The position numbers and the translations under genes were made by a program. A model generated the notes under the pieces. It was not told where the DNA came from, ran no database searches, and saw nothing but the letters and a program-made list of their open reading frames with translations. A stretch of 64,000 nt of DNA, taken from contig OZ242354.1 in the NCBI GenBank assembly GCA_965208765.1, forward strand, positions 6,015,140-6,079,139, read 5' to 3'. This stretch comes from Candidatus Poribacteria bacterium (GTDB lineage: Bacteria; Poribacteria; WGA-4E; JAJDTR01). Numbering within the stretch: position 1 is the stretch's first letter; each line of letters starts with the position of its first letter. Shown piece after piece: positions 40,301 to 50,141 of the stretch.

Positions 40301-41766
40301 CTACCGGCATCGATTTGCACCTCCAATACGGGAAATGGTTTGATCCGATGGATGAAGATTCTTGGCCCACGTCGTGGCCGTATGCCTGCATCCTGCCCAA
40401 AGGGATAGCGGACGTACTGAAGATATCAGAGACTGACGTAGGCAAAGCTACGGTTTCCGTCTACGGTGCGGATTTCACGGTCGTGGGAGTGCTTGGAATC
40501 GGATTTAAAGACTTGACCGACAACGACGGCGAAGAGATGACACCCGTCGACTACCAACTGATGCAACAGCAGCAGTCTCGCGGGGCACAGGGAGATGAAA
40601 CTTTGGAAGGGGAGTTGCAGAAGTACCTCCATTTGGTGCCGGACAGTGTGGCAATACTTCCGTATGAGGTGGTTATGAATCAGGGCGGTACCCTACGAAG
40701 CGTTGCTGTCAATATGGACCCCCTGGAAGGCGACCCGGACATCTTTAGCGGAATCGACAAACTTGATTTGATCATGTCGCCTTTGATGAGTCGAGTTGCC
40801 CTTGACTTCTTTGTTGGACGCGATAAAGATACGTACCTGTACAGTTCAATCGGGATGACCTCCTTCAGCGGGATGGGTAATCTATTCATACCGATTCTCA
40901 TTGCCGCGCTGATCGTGCTGAATACGATGCTTGGCGCTGTCTACGAACGCGTGAGAGAAATCGGGATTTACAGCTCGGTTGGGCTTGCACCCGTGCATAT
41001 CGCTTTCCTTTTCCTCGCGGAAGCCTGCGTCTATGCGATCGTCGGCGCCGTTTTAGGTTATCTTTTGGGACAAGCCACTGCGACAGTCATGGTGAACTTT
41101 GGCTGGCTCGCCGGTTTGACGCTGAACTACTCCTCTATGTCCACGGTGGTGGCAACCATCATTGTCATGATTGTGGTCATCGGGAGTACACTCTATCCTG
41201 CAATCAAAGCCTCGCGCATGGCGGTGCCCGACATCGAGCGCAAGTGGAAATTACCGGAGCCCGAGGGTGACGAATGGCACTTCAGCCTTCCGTTCACCGT
41301 ATTGTCCGAGGAATCGCTCGGTTTGAACGTATTCATGCGCGACTATTTCGATGCACATGCGGACGAATCCGCGAGCGACTTTTACACGGATCAGGTTACG
41401 TTCAGCGAAACGAGCACGGCGGAGAATGGTGAAGGGGAGGGTTCCTATTCGATAAGCATGATGGTTTGGCTTGCCCCCTATGATTTAGGTGTCAGCCAGT
41501 CGATCCGATTCGTTACCTCCCCAGTGGGCGGAGAAGAGGAGGATCTGTATAGTATTACACTAGATGTGCATCGGGAAAGCGGCGAAATCGCTTCGTGGAA
41601 ACGAGTTAACCGGCGTTTCTTGAATCTCGTTCGGAAGCAACTCTTAATTTGGCGGACTTTCAGTGCCGATATTCGCGGCGAGTTTCATGATCGAGGGCGA
41701 CAAGAGCGCGAAGCGGATGAGGGCACAAACGGCGCCCCGGAACTCGCGCCCCAGCCAGCCGATTAA
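34357..41766 (+). CDS. Giant membrane protein: signal peptide, 2 LysM-like domains, acidic DGxDNDxD repeats, PA/M28-like domain with helical inserts, TM bundle, MacB/FtsX-type ABC permease
   Basis: AGGAGG RBS before ATG 34357; YEVQPGDTLDNVSRRF; TAYYDSMSIVPAMAPGAD; NMRKRGGRTILT; LNTMLGAVYERVREIGIYSSVG..FLAEA. Confidence 0.85.
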   Translation: MGRAATFSAMLSFGLFILSMVAPASSTADGQQTLGLSEIAVQIRDEVSVGAMRKDIARLSSLSTRVTGYDEAANGAKYVFDRFVEIGLQNIEARGFEVTVPIDAEDGKLEILSSDGAVIKSVKISPCWPNLVRTSLLPDGIKHFVDSDETLEEIAESYQVEVQSILTNPRNQYLQDQATDGRDNDSDGDVDEAGEFALIEGNTVFIPTGGLTAPLLYAGDAELVDFNGLEVGGFWYEVQPGDTLDNVSRRFRVSRGSITDDVLNGHLQKTEDGIDNDEDSEVDEYGEIPPLEEIAHWGNDGIDNDGDGYVDEVPGDDRDSVDNNGDGQIDEPGEFVAAGESSIFIPQGSIVLVDFNSGTRWINAAMLGAKAAIFIQPETSIRGEAENKFLTVPANIPRFWISKEDAEELREMIAQENISARLTCTMTWERRTGQNIRGFLEGGDPVLKDELVVLTAYYDSMSIVPAMAPGADPTGGIAALLELARIFSLDEFRPGRSMLFVATDAHFQGLTGMRAFMEGIGQDTVGGATDSPGTPTMQGLRRGLSADMFEFQELGRKLLLSIDRSVLVDLPPDFYYDVHEIEADLDSLATTLGALSGTQGKISSLRNAQRDFKEKQKKKIETTKKREKQGFTAEEKSRLETYLASFKKNSLQTTHFLRDLVSRVDRLRSQALEESRKAQRELLENVALPMAYLDVWALEQMKRDLEENRISDSFSREPSESYVLPRRVGDAYELPINAAGDTLLREYVNILSEYLEGWELGDSRKFALQYTQEKLLDRHLDFHGLQQIKKSRKIANRATKPLADYIALEREMLERALAKIPDSVDAENQIKSAITQLATNPAYYPPEVISELNQYLSQPTIERLHRTQTGLQQKLREAKTTETDDASHAILVADFAKDKQSIFETALRNARLEKNRIRNLLRNHGELVRAYLAEEEQVLHHYLSEDEVDQTVEARSQIFAHLSEEMLLSYVQRKAANDVVELNNLLNRLDTLDRDLSEETKILLRDNMLTLRNSRFRNLQSRIEKIARISKSEYNRKISQIEQAITLQDLFNRYYTSLFISIDLSTQSDKFGVFNKGWFYNQQPEFVLRREFASIGNKLAEYAEDADFGARIRNLWTFTDDQIRQGVLDNQWTVAGTIESKAAVEGKTLETLVSEHFDTLVKLSGVSRLMKMQFEQMRDRGEPSEDMVKDMDYIRQEVERFIRNDVRTARKNRKNSIRLLNRLNAMLQLRHEDASTLSQDEIEDIKSLIGLVGLGGETNFVNAISASGGKTWQTYIPGKIAFDSEVATLTGKTGIAFATIEDARILTDTPLDTIDRMHVEEDGNLHQQVKTLAAILVQAMRDPKMPTAAKVGNFYCNLFGDVVEFDARESALPNKPVPYPILTLRRKHKTMMGVRGDLFTMGDNKGNFEVAGLAMEGRATHRIAGTQEVEAYILDPDSGDIVYAPDLGNYGAKLLPNKVPIDTRRRGCRVVVFPCVSTTIYDLVDQRYLRTLRELQVYEAASDSAPEKYGISKPWQQEGVSAAEPIALVYSEPDERIKIGMAYGQIGKRLLLIKATKSGMKNPTLYTGEGFVVRENGSIRMTPYVVVRDMWWLDENRSRLYKRFGISSDRLDRLHEFAHEYLEQAELALQQNDYQQALKLARAAWGYESRAYPDVKKTGNDVVSGVMFYLALLIPFAYFMERLLFASPSVNKQILWTGVIFLTVFFFLSQVHPAFQITTTPVIILIAFIVLALTVIVISIIIRKFEEQLEKIKQEGSTVYKADVGRLSASAAAFSLGISNMRKRGGRTILTCATLVILTFTVISFTSVRTFMHPNKTSLPAVTPRYTGMLIRDQYWRPLEEPVLTSVMNDMRKTKIPEDDARLLFKRRGKTDAEIKSLLAPYVESAEESSNLEGASGDVTTVRASVAGSTGANEPTRFITVHNVVAPRAWYQSSGTGDQSFVQLTRTPNPADPVPPRDPKTGQLLPYAANMLIGMTPNEPSATGIDLHLQYGKWFDPMDEDSWPTSWPYACILPKGIADVLKISETDVGKATVSVYGADFTVVGVLGIGFKDLTDNDGEEMTPVDYQLMQQQQSRGAQGDETLEGELQKYLHLVPDSVAILPYEVVMNQGGTLRSVAVNMDPLEGDPDIFSGIDKLDLIMSPLMSRVALDFFVGRDKDTYLYSSIGMTSFSGMGNLFIPILIAALIVLNTMLGAVYERVREIGIYSSVGLAPVHIAFLFLAEACVYAIVGAVLGYLLGQATATVMVNFGWLAGLTLNYSSMSTVVATIIVMIVVIGSTLYPAIKASRMAVPDIERKWKLPEPEGDEWHFSLPFTVLSEESLGLNVFMRDYFDAHADESASDFYTDQVTFSETSTAENGEGEGSYSISMMVWLAPYDLGVSQSIRFVTSPVGGEEEDLYSITLDVHRESGEIASWKRVNRRFLNLVRKQLLIWRTFSADIRGEFHDRGRQEREADEGTNGAPELAPQPAD

Positions 41767-41803
41767 CGAAGTGTATTGCAGGAATAGGGAGATTTAGCGC
41801 GTT

Positions 41804-41995
41804 ATGGAACGATTGATCAGCATTATTATCGTTGTTGGGGCTCTAATATGGCTTTGCTCGGTTCTCTTCTTGGAAGCACGATGGGAATGGCAGATGCTTT
41901 CTGCGGCGATAGTGTTTGTCGGTATTATCGCTGCCCACATCTGGGAGGAAGTTTACCAAAACAAAGATGAGGAAGAAGAACCTACAAAGGATTGA
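41804..41995 (+). CDS. Small 2-TM protein with acidic tail
   Basis: 63 aa; two hydrophobic segments; GGGAG RBS; lies inside the operon. Confidence 0.6.
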   Translation: MERLISIIIVVGALIWLCSVLFLEARWEWQMLSAAIVFVGIIAAHIWEEVYQNKDEEEEPTKD

Positions 41996-42192
41996 TAAAG
42001 GTGGGTACGGAGTTGTAGTCTTGAGCAGCTAAGTCAGTTATAGAGATGCGGTTACACTCTGAAGAGAGATAGACGGTATGAAGATTCGGCTAGAACGAGA
42101 ACCTGGCAGGTGATAGGTGACCGGCTATTTCTCGGAAGAGTGGAGCAGTTTGTATAGCTTACTTGAGCTAAACAGAAAGGAGAAAACTACAT

Positions 42193-44184
42193 TTGGCGAG
42201 AGAGAGAGTATCTCAAGCAGATGAGTGGCAGGCTTGGGCGCAGCGATACGACATAGACGGCGGGATCCGAACGTTTGAGTCCGGATTGACGTTGAAGGTC
42301 TTCTTAGGCGCGCTTTTTGTCGGGCTGCTGATGATGCCGGGGTCAATTTATCTTAGCTATGTATCCGGACAATCCGGAGCAGGGGCGGCGCCGTGGGTAG
42401 CTGTCATTCTGTTTACGGAATTGGCGCGCCGCTCGTTTACGACCGCTCGTCGGCAGGAGTTGTATATGCTGCTTGGATTGACAGGGGCTGCCGTCGGCGC
42501 GGGCACTCAGTATCGCGGTTTCATCTGGTATGCGTATTTTATCAATACCCCGCAAGCGGAATCTTATGAGATTGCGGACAAGATTCCCTTCTGGATCGCG
42601 CCCGCGAGGGATTCAATCGCCATTGCCGAGAGATCGCTTTTGCACATGGATTGGTTCTGGCCCATCGCCTTCTTCCTGATCTTCAAATTCCTAGGAACCA
42701 TCCGCGGTATCAGTGCCGGTTATATTCTTTTTCGACTAACCGCTGACCTGGAGCGGCTACCTTATCCGTTGGCGCCGATAGATGCACAAGGGGCGACAGC
42801 ATTGGCTGAAACTACCGGAAGAACCGAGACCTGGCGCTGGCGAGTCTTTTCAATCGGATCAATGGCAGGTCTAATTTGGGGATTCATCTACGTTGGTGTA
42901 CCGTCGCTTACCGGCGTCATGATGACGAAACCGATCGAGATCTTGAAAATCCCATTCATCGACTTCACGCCGAGCATTGAGGGTTTTGCGCCGACCGGGG
43001 TGTTCGCGTTATCCACCGATTTCGGGCAGATGCTGGTCGGATTCGTGATGCCGTTCCCGATAATCATCTCGGAATTCATCACCGCGATGTTATCCCAGTT
43101 TATTTTAAACCCGCAAATCTTACATCGTTTCGAGATACTACATCAGTGGAAAGCCGGATTGGATGTACGGGGTGTCGGGTTGTATAACGGACTTGATTTC
43201 TGGATTAGTTACGGTATGGGCAAGTCCTTCAGCTTCGCGGTTGTCGGTATAGCGGCATCTGTCCCAATGCTGATTAAATTCAGGAAGTCGCAAGCTCAGA
43301 AGACGGGGCAGCGCGGTTCGCTCCGTCCCCCGCCGGGACGCGGTGATTTTCCAATCTGGTTGATGGGACTTCTGTGGCTCTTCGGCATGGGAACGTTCGT
43401 GTGGCTGGTGCACTGGATGGTACCGAACTTTCCGCTTACATTCCTTCTAGGTTTTGCGTTCCTGTACACCCCGTTGAACTCCTACATTACCGCGCGTACA
43501 TTCGGAATCTTGGGACGCGACCTCTTTGAAATCCCTTATATCCATGAAACCACCTTTATCCTCAGCCGCTACGAGGAGATTGACATCTGGTTCGTTCCGC
43601 TACCCGACGAAGATTACGGGCGCGGGACACAGGGTTGGCGTGTGCTTGAACTGACAGGGACGACATTTACCAGTAATATCGCGGCTCAACTGCTTATCAT
43701 GCCAATTCTGCTGGTCTCGGGAATTGTTGTCTACCATTTCATTTGGAAGATCGCGCCGATTCCTTCATCGCAGTATCCTTACGTACAAACGTGGTGGCCG
43801 ATTCATGCTACCAATGAAGCACTCTGGAAGACCTCGCTTCGCGATGGAAACAGTCAGATGTTGCAGGCGATTCGAGGTGATTATGTTGCCGCCGGGTTCT
43901 CGTCAACCCTCGCTTTGTACGGGCTGTTGTGGGTCGTGAAGATGCCGAGTATGTGGTTCTACGGGATCGCAGGTGGAATCGGCGGCGACCCGGGAATGAT
44001 GATACCCCGACTGCTCGGCGCGGTAATTGGACGATTCTATATGATTAAGCGGTTTGGATTGAAGCGGTGGTTCATGTTTAATCCGGTGTTGGCAGCCGGG
44101 TTTGCCTGCGGCGTCGGTCTTATCGGCATGGGCACGGTGGCGATTGCATTGGTGTCGAAAGCCGTGATTGTGAAGCCGTTCTGA
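42193..44184 (+). CDS. OPT/peptide-transporter-like polytopic membrane protein
   Basis: TTG start after AAAGGAG; many TM segments; ERLPYPLAP motif shared with 4241..6184. Confidence 0.72.
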   Translation: MARERVSQADEWQAWAQRYDIDGGIRTFESGLTLKVFLGALFVGLLMMPGSIYLSYVSGQSGAGAAPWVAVILFTELARRSFTTARRQELYMLLGLTGAAVGAGTQYRGFIWYAYFINTPQAESYEIADKIPFWIAPARDSIAIAERSLLHMDWFWPIAFFLIFKFLGTIRGISAGYILFRLTADLERLPYPLAPIDAQGATALAETTGRTETWRWRVFSIGSMAGLIWGFIYVGVPSLTGVMMTKPIEILKIPFIDFTPSIEGFAPTGVFALSTDFGQMLVGFVMPFPIIISEFITAMLSQFILNPQILHRFEILHQWKAGLDVRGVGLYNGLDFWISYGMGKSFSFAVVGIAASVPMLIKFRKSQAQKTGQRGSLRPPPGRGDFPIWLMGLLWLFGMGTFVWLVHWMVPNFPLTFLLGFAFLYTPLNSYITARTFGILGRDLFEIPYIHETTFILSRYEEIDIWFVPLPDEDYGRGTQGWRVLELTGTTFTSNIAAQLLIMPILLVSGIVVYHFIWKIAPIPSSQYPYVQTWWPIHATNEALWKTSLRDGNSQMLQAIRGDYVAAGFSSTLALYGLLWVVKMPSMWFYGIAGGIGGDPGMMIPRLLGAVIGRFYMIKRFGLKRWFMFNPVLAAGFACGVGLIGMGTVAIALVSKAVIVKPF

Positions 44185-44191
44185 CGCAGTG

Positions 44192-44220
44192 ACCGAGTTT
44201 TTTCTTGAAACCTCGGTTTC
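44192..44220. repeat. REP palindrome (family A)
   Basis: ACCGAGTTTTTTCTTGAAACCTCGGTTTC; relatives at 20494, 46673, 49369, 7471. Confidence 0.7.
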
Positions 44221-44365
44221 TTCATGAACAGTCCAAGTTAATCCACTCACAGTTGTTTCCCGCTCGGCTTGGATCGCCAAATTCAAGCCGTCACCGATGA
44301 CGTTGTTAATCCGCGGGATCAGAATTAGATGCAGCACGGCTAATTTGTTTGAAGCTAAACCGACC

Positions 44366-45295
44366 ATGGATTGGACGACATTTGGATGGGCGGGTATTCG
44401 ACTTGAGATTCCTTCCAACTGGGAGTTGAGCGGATTATCGGGAGATGAGAAAGATGGTTACCTACGGTTAGACGGGGAGGAGATGCCCCGCTTGGAGTTG
44501 AAGTGGGCGCAGTCGAAAAAGAAAAAACCGGATCTTGGCCGCGTGCTGGATGAGTACTTCAAACTCGTGCGCAAGAACTACAAGCGTAAAGAGGCTAAGT
44601 TGCACATTCAGCGGCATGTGAACTTGGTAAAAGATGAGGCTGTATTCGAAGGGCGCGAAGTAATCAGTTTCACGTGGAAAGGGGACATACGCGCAAACGG
44701 TATCATTTTTCATTGCCATACGTGTAAGCGCATTACGATAGTTCAGGTAATGGGGCATCTCAAGGAGAATCTGCGCGCAACAACTGTTAGAGTGTTGCAA
44801 TCGGTGCAAGACCATCCGACCGACCAAAACGTGCTTTGGAGCGCCTATAATCTCAATGTGGAGGTCCCGCGCCGCTATCGCTTGGGGAAGCACCAACTGC
44901 TTTCCGGTTACTTACTTTTCTCGTTTGCCGACGGGAGCCGTAAAATCAGCATCGAACGGTACGGAGTAGCGGATGTAACGCTCAAAGAGCAGGACCTCGA
45001 GTCGTGGTTCCGAGCGAAATACGCAAAAGCCATCGGCGGATACGGTTTTGAAATAACCTCGCGGACGCATGACGGGGACGAGCAACTTCAGGTGATTGGC
45101 GAACAAACACGCGTCACCGATCGCATTCCGTTCGCCCCTGTGTTGGCGGTGGATAAGGTGATGCGCCGTCAGGTATTCGCGGCACATCTTTGGCGCTGCC
45201 ATCAATCAAATCGGATTTATGTTGTGCAGGCGACCGCCAAACGTGACGCTGCCAAGATCGGCCGAGATGTTGCGGCGAGTATAAAGTGTCATTAG
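44366..45295 (+). CDS. Hypothetical cytoplasmic protein with two similar halves
   Basis: GWAGIRLEIPSNWEL..GYLRL vs WSAYNLNVEVPRRYRL..GYLLF; inside the operon. Confidence 0.7.
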   Translation: MDWTTFGWAGIRLEIPSNWELSGLSGDEKDGYLRLDGEEMPRLELKWAQSKKKKPDLGRVLDEYFKLVRKNYKRKEAKLHIQRHVNLVKDEAVFEGREVISFTWKGDIRANGIIFHCHTCKRITIVQVMGHLKENLRATTVRVLQSVQDHPTDQNVLWSAYNLNVEVPRRYRLGKHQLLSGYLLFSFADGSRKISIERYGVADVTLKEQDLESWFRAKYAKAIGGYGFEITSRTHDGDEQLQVIGEQTRVTDRIPFAPVLAVDKVMRRQVFAAHLWRCHQSNRIYVVQATAKRDAAKIGRDVAASIKCH

Positions 45296-45316
45296 AAACG
45301 TTGGAGTTGCTGAGGC

Positions 45317-45736
45317 ATGCTTAACGCACTTCTTTATAAACTGCGGCTAAAAAAGCGGCCGGATTCCGACTTTAATCGCGGCGATGTCCTGAAAGCGCTA
45401 CCGCTGCGGAATCAGCTCATCACGTGGGAGGTTGACGACAAACAGGAGGTGTCGCTCGTAATCCCGCAGAAACAGAGATTTTGGATTCGGATTGCGTCAA
45501 AGCTGTTTACGCTGCCGGATAAGAGAGTCATCGTACTGGATGATGTCGGGTCCTTTGTTTGGCAGCTTTGCGACGGACAGAATACGGTGGGTCACGTCGT
45601 CAAGCAACTTTGCAACCGCTATCAGATGACTCGCAAAGAGGCGGAGACATCGCTGTTCACGTATATGCGTCAGCTAGGAAAACGCGGTATTATCGGATTT
45701 GCTGTACCGAAAGACATGAAGGGAGGAAAGAAATAA
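45317..45736 (+). CDS. PqqD-family / RiPP recognition element-like protein
   Basis: LDDVGSFVWQLCDGQNTVGHVVKQLCNRY...LFTYMRQLGKRGII. Confidence 0.82.
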   Translation: MLNALLYKLRLKKRPDSDFNRGDVLKALPLRNQLITWEVDDKQEVSLVIPQKQRFWIRIASKLFTLPDKRVIVLDDVGSFVWQLCDGQNTVGHVVKQLCNRYQMTRKEAETSLFTYMRQLGKRGIIGFAVPKDMKGGKK

Positions 45737-45739
45737 CAT

Positions 45740-46555
45740 ATGGCAGACGTTCAGACAACTCAGCCCGCCGCCGGCGCGACGGCGCCTGAGATCCCAACAC
45801 GGCTTCGGCGAGATTTGCCGAAGGAAAACACGGTGCGGGTACGGAATCTTATCAAGAAGTATGAGATGGGTACGACAGTCGTCGAAGCATTACGGGGCGC
45901 CAACTTTCAAATCGCCCGGGGAGAGTATATCTCAATCATGGGACCGTCGGGCTCCGGGAAGTCAACGCTCTTCAATATGATTGGCGGATTGGATAAGCCA
46001 ACGGAGGGCAGGGTATATATCGACGAGGTCGACATCGCTCAACTGGATGCTTACGAGTTGGCGTGGCTGCGGTGCCGAAAAATCGGGTACATCTTCCAAT
46101 CGTTCAACCTGATTCCGGTGATGACCGCGCTTGAGAATGTGTCACTGCCGATGGTTTTCGCAGGTATGTCCGCCGACGAAAGCCGTGACAAAGCGGTTGA
46201 CTTGTTGACACTTGTCGGTCTGGGTGAGCGGGTTCAGCATAAACCGCTGGAACTCTCGGGCGGACAGCAGCAGCGCGTCGCCATAGCGCGCTCGCTTGCG
46301 AACGATCCGGCGATTGTGTTGGCGGACGAGCCAACCGGAAACTTGGATACTCGAACCGGACTGGAGATTATCGCGTTGCTGAGGAAGCTAAACGAGGACA
46401 ACGGTGTGACGGTCATTACCGCTACGCACGACACCAAGATGCTTGATGTGTCCGACAGAATCTTCCATATGGTCGATGGACGCGTGAGCAAGATTGAGTC
46501 GCGCGACGAGATCGACCTGCATGTCGGCAGGCTTGACGGGGAAGAAGTGGGTTAA
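45740..46555 (+). CDS. ABC transporter ATP-binding protein, LolD/MacB type
   Basis: [43 protein letters not shown]-loop. Confidence 0.95.
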   Translation: MADVQTTQPAAGATAPEIPTRLRRDLPKENTVRVRNLIKKYEMGTTVVEALRGANFQIARGEYISIMGPSGSGKSTLFNMIGGLDKPTEGRVYIDEVDIAQLDAYELAWLRCRKIGYIFQSFNLIPVMTALENVSLPMVFAGMSADESRDKAVDLLTLVGLGERVQHKPLELSGGQQQRVAIARSLANDPAIVLADEPTGNLDTRTGLEIIALLRKLNEDNGVTVITATHDTKMLDVSDRIFHMVDGRVSKIESRDEIDLHVGRLDGEEVG

Positions 46556-46590
46556 GAACCCGTCACGCGGAAAGCGGAACCCGGCAAAAG

Positions 46591-46704
46591 ATGGTGGGCG
46601 GTGCCCACCCTACAATATAGTCTGGATTTGTCAATCCAGACCGAGCGATTAGGGAGTGTGGCGAGCAGGGAAGAAACCGAGTTTTGAGGAAAAAACTTGG
46701 TTTC
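46591..46704. repeat. Cluster of three different REP palindromes (families B, D, A)
   Basis: 46591-46614; GTCTGGATTTGTCAATCCAGAC at 46620-46641; 46673-46704. Confidence 0.7.
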
Positions 46705-46711
46705 AGGTCAT

Positions 46712-46755
46712 AAAAAAAGGGAGCGAAAGGCGATAAGCCTTTCGCTCCCTTTTTT
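46712..46755. terminator. Bidirectional intrinsic terminator between the ABC ATPase gene and groEL
   Basis: AAAAAAAGGGAGCGAAAGGC-GATAA-GCCTTTCGCTCCCTTTTTT. Confidence 0.9.
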
Positions 46756-46771
46756 CTGTATGGTAAACGGT

Positions 46772-48418
<1,647 letters not shown>

Positions 48419-48426
48419 CTAAAGAT

Positions 48427-48717
48427 TTAGGTGATTTTTGCCAAGATATCGTCTTCGCGCAGAATCAGATACTCAAGGTTGTCGTGAGTGGCTTCGGTGC
48501 CACCATACTTGCCGAACAGCACCTTGTCTCCAGCGACGACATCGACAGGTTGACGGTCACCATTGTCAAGCAGGCGGCCCTTGCCAACGGCGATAACCTC
48601 GCCTTCCTGCGGCTTTTCTTTGGCGGTGTCCGGAATGATGATTCCGCCGCTCGTTTTCTGTTCGTCTTCTTCAATACGCTTAACGAGAATTCTATCACCA
48701 AGCGGTACGAGTGCCAT
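48427..48717 (-). CDS. groES: Co-chaperonin GroES
   Basis: [24 protein letters not shown]. Confidence 0.99.
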   Translation of the reverse strand: MALVPLGDRILVKRIEEDEQKTSGGIIIPDTAKEKPQEGEVIAVGKGRLLDNGDRQPVDVVAGDKVLFGKYGGTEATHDNLEYLILREDDILAKIT

Positions 48718-48812
48718 TATTCGTGTTCCTCCTTATAGGCTTATTCTGACACTGTAGGATTAGATTACATGACTCTGCTCAAAAGGCAGAGGTTTCTGTC
48801 AGCATGTTTAAC

Positions 48813-48828
48813 AGCAAGAGCCGTGCCA
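48813..48828 (-). promoter_or_regulatory. sigma54 (-24/-12) promoter of groESL
   Basis: Minus strand reads TGGCAC-GGCTC-TTGCT, about 95 nt before groES. Confidence 0.78.
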
Positions 48829-48867
48829 TGGCAGGATGCTTGATTTTGGTGCGCTTGGCGAGGCTTG

Positions 48868-48946
48868 GTGACAAATTGTCACGCTTCGAGATGGTGCTAA
48901 AATGTCGTGATTTATGTCCTGAGCCGGAGGAGTGACATAATGTCTC
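48868..48946. promoter_or_regulatory. Putative enhancer-binding protein sites (TGACA-N3-TGTCA)
   Basis: GTGACAAATTGTCAC (48868-48882) and GTGACATAATGTCTC (48932-48946), upstream of the sigma54 site. Confidence 0.55.
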
Positions 48947-49048
48947 TATCATGGTAGAATCAGCCGCCTGAATTGGGAGGGCGATCGAGGTCCCCGTATG
49001 CCGTCGCCGCATTGCTAATCTACCGCCTCCGTAACTCCAATTTTCTCA

Positions 49049-49077
49049 TTGAGTAAATCTCGCGAAGTGGATATAAT
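49049..49077 (+). promoter_or_regulatory. Orphan sigma70 promoter divergent from groES
   Basis: TTGAGT-17 nt-TATAAT. Confidence 0.55.
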
Positions 49078-49211
49078 TGTAGTCGTCTGCCAATAGCATA
49101 AGCCACCCGCAGAGAGCATTCCTAGACGACTGAAAAAGCAGATTACAACTCGAAATCTAATATGTCGTACACTTTTTTCGCAACAAAATCAAATCCCCAA
49201 TCTATCGCTAA

Positions 49212-49432
49212 GTGGTTTATTCGCTAAGTGGATATTGCATATGGGATGTTTTGGTGATTGTCTGAACTGTGATTTGTGGGATTCTTGTGATTTCCTTGAT
49301 TGCTTGTGGCTAATCGCTAGTGATGAGTTAACTGAACCGTTTACTTGAAGCCCACTGGGATTTAGGAAGAAACCAAGTTTTCAAGAAAAAACTTGGTTTC
49401 GACATTCGTTAAATACTTAGCGAATAGACCAC
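49212..49432. mobile_element. MITE with 18-bp TIR and TAA target duplication, carrying a family A REP
   Basis: TAA[GTGGTTTATTCGCTAAGT ... ACTTAGCGAATAGACCAC]TAA; REP at 49369-49400. Confidence 0.65.
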
Positions 49433-49694
49433 TAAGCAACACTCGCTTGTTTTAGCCTGCGTTAGCCTGCGTTAGCCAGGATGACGATTTAACCGGGTGG
49501 TTTAGCCAGTAGACGGAGGTAGATTAATGTAGTCGTAGTCTGCGTTGACGGCGTTCCGGCTCGGGCTAAAACAGAAGGTTGTTGCGTTTCCGGGCTAACG
49601 CTCATGATTTGGCGGTTTCCGCCATTGGATGGTTGTACCAAACACCCACGACTGGCACTCCCTTATTCGTTGTTTGGTCGTCTATTTCGGTTTA

Positions 49695-49723
49695 ATCATA
49701 CTATACGTGTGTAAAGTTGTCAA
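49695..49723 (-). promoter_or_regulatory. Orphan sigma70 promoter, near twin of 62741-62769
   Basis: Minus strand reads TTGACA-ACTTTACACACGTATAG-TATGAT. Confidence 0.6.
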
Positions 49724-50141
49724 TGCAAAAATAAAACTGGTACGATTTCAAAATCTAAATATTACATCAGATTTGAAACGTGCAATGAATGGGATCCCTA
49801 TCGCACTCGCTATTCACTCGCTTGATTACTACTACGACCCCCGTGTTTTGTAACTTATGGATTACAAATTAGTATGAGTGGTTAGTGGAGGTTGAATATA
49901 CTGAACTGTAAAGTGCCGAACCAAACTCTGTGTTTGGGCACTAATTCAATCAATGCATCAGCCGAAGGGAAGAAAAAACTTGGGTGACAGGGATAAAGTG
50001 GTCTTCTCGCTCAAATATTCAATAATTACCAGACGGTCACAATAAACTGTTTTACCACGCCGGTCGGTTCGGTTTCTAACCGCGCCGACACCCAACAGTT
50101 AATCATATTTACTTACCGATAGAACCCCGAAACACTTACGA

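Noticed and set aside
45317-45736. PQQ or RiPP biosynthetic cluster
   Set aside because: No radical SAM enzyme, pqqB/C/E, lasso cyclase or evident precursor peptide is nearby.
49453-49477. TAGCCTGCGT tandem repeat
   Set aside because: Only 2.5 copies; most likely a local slippage duplication.
49653-49680. TGGCACTC half-site as a CIRCE element for groESL
   Set aside because: There is no matching GAGTGC arm at 9-nt spacing, and the site is about 900 nt from groES.
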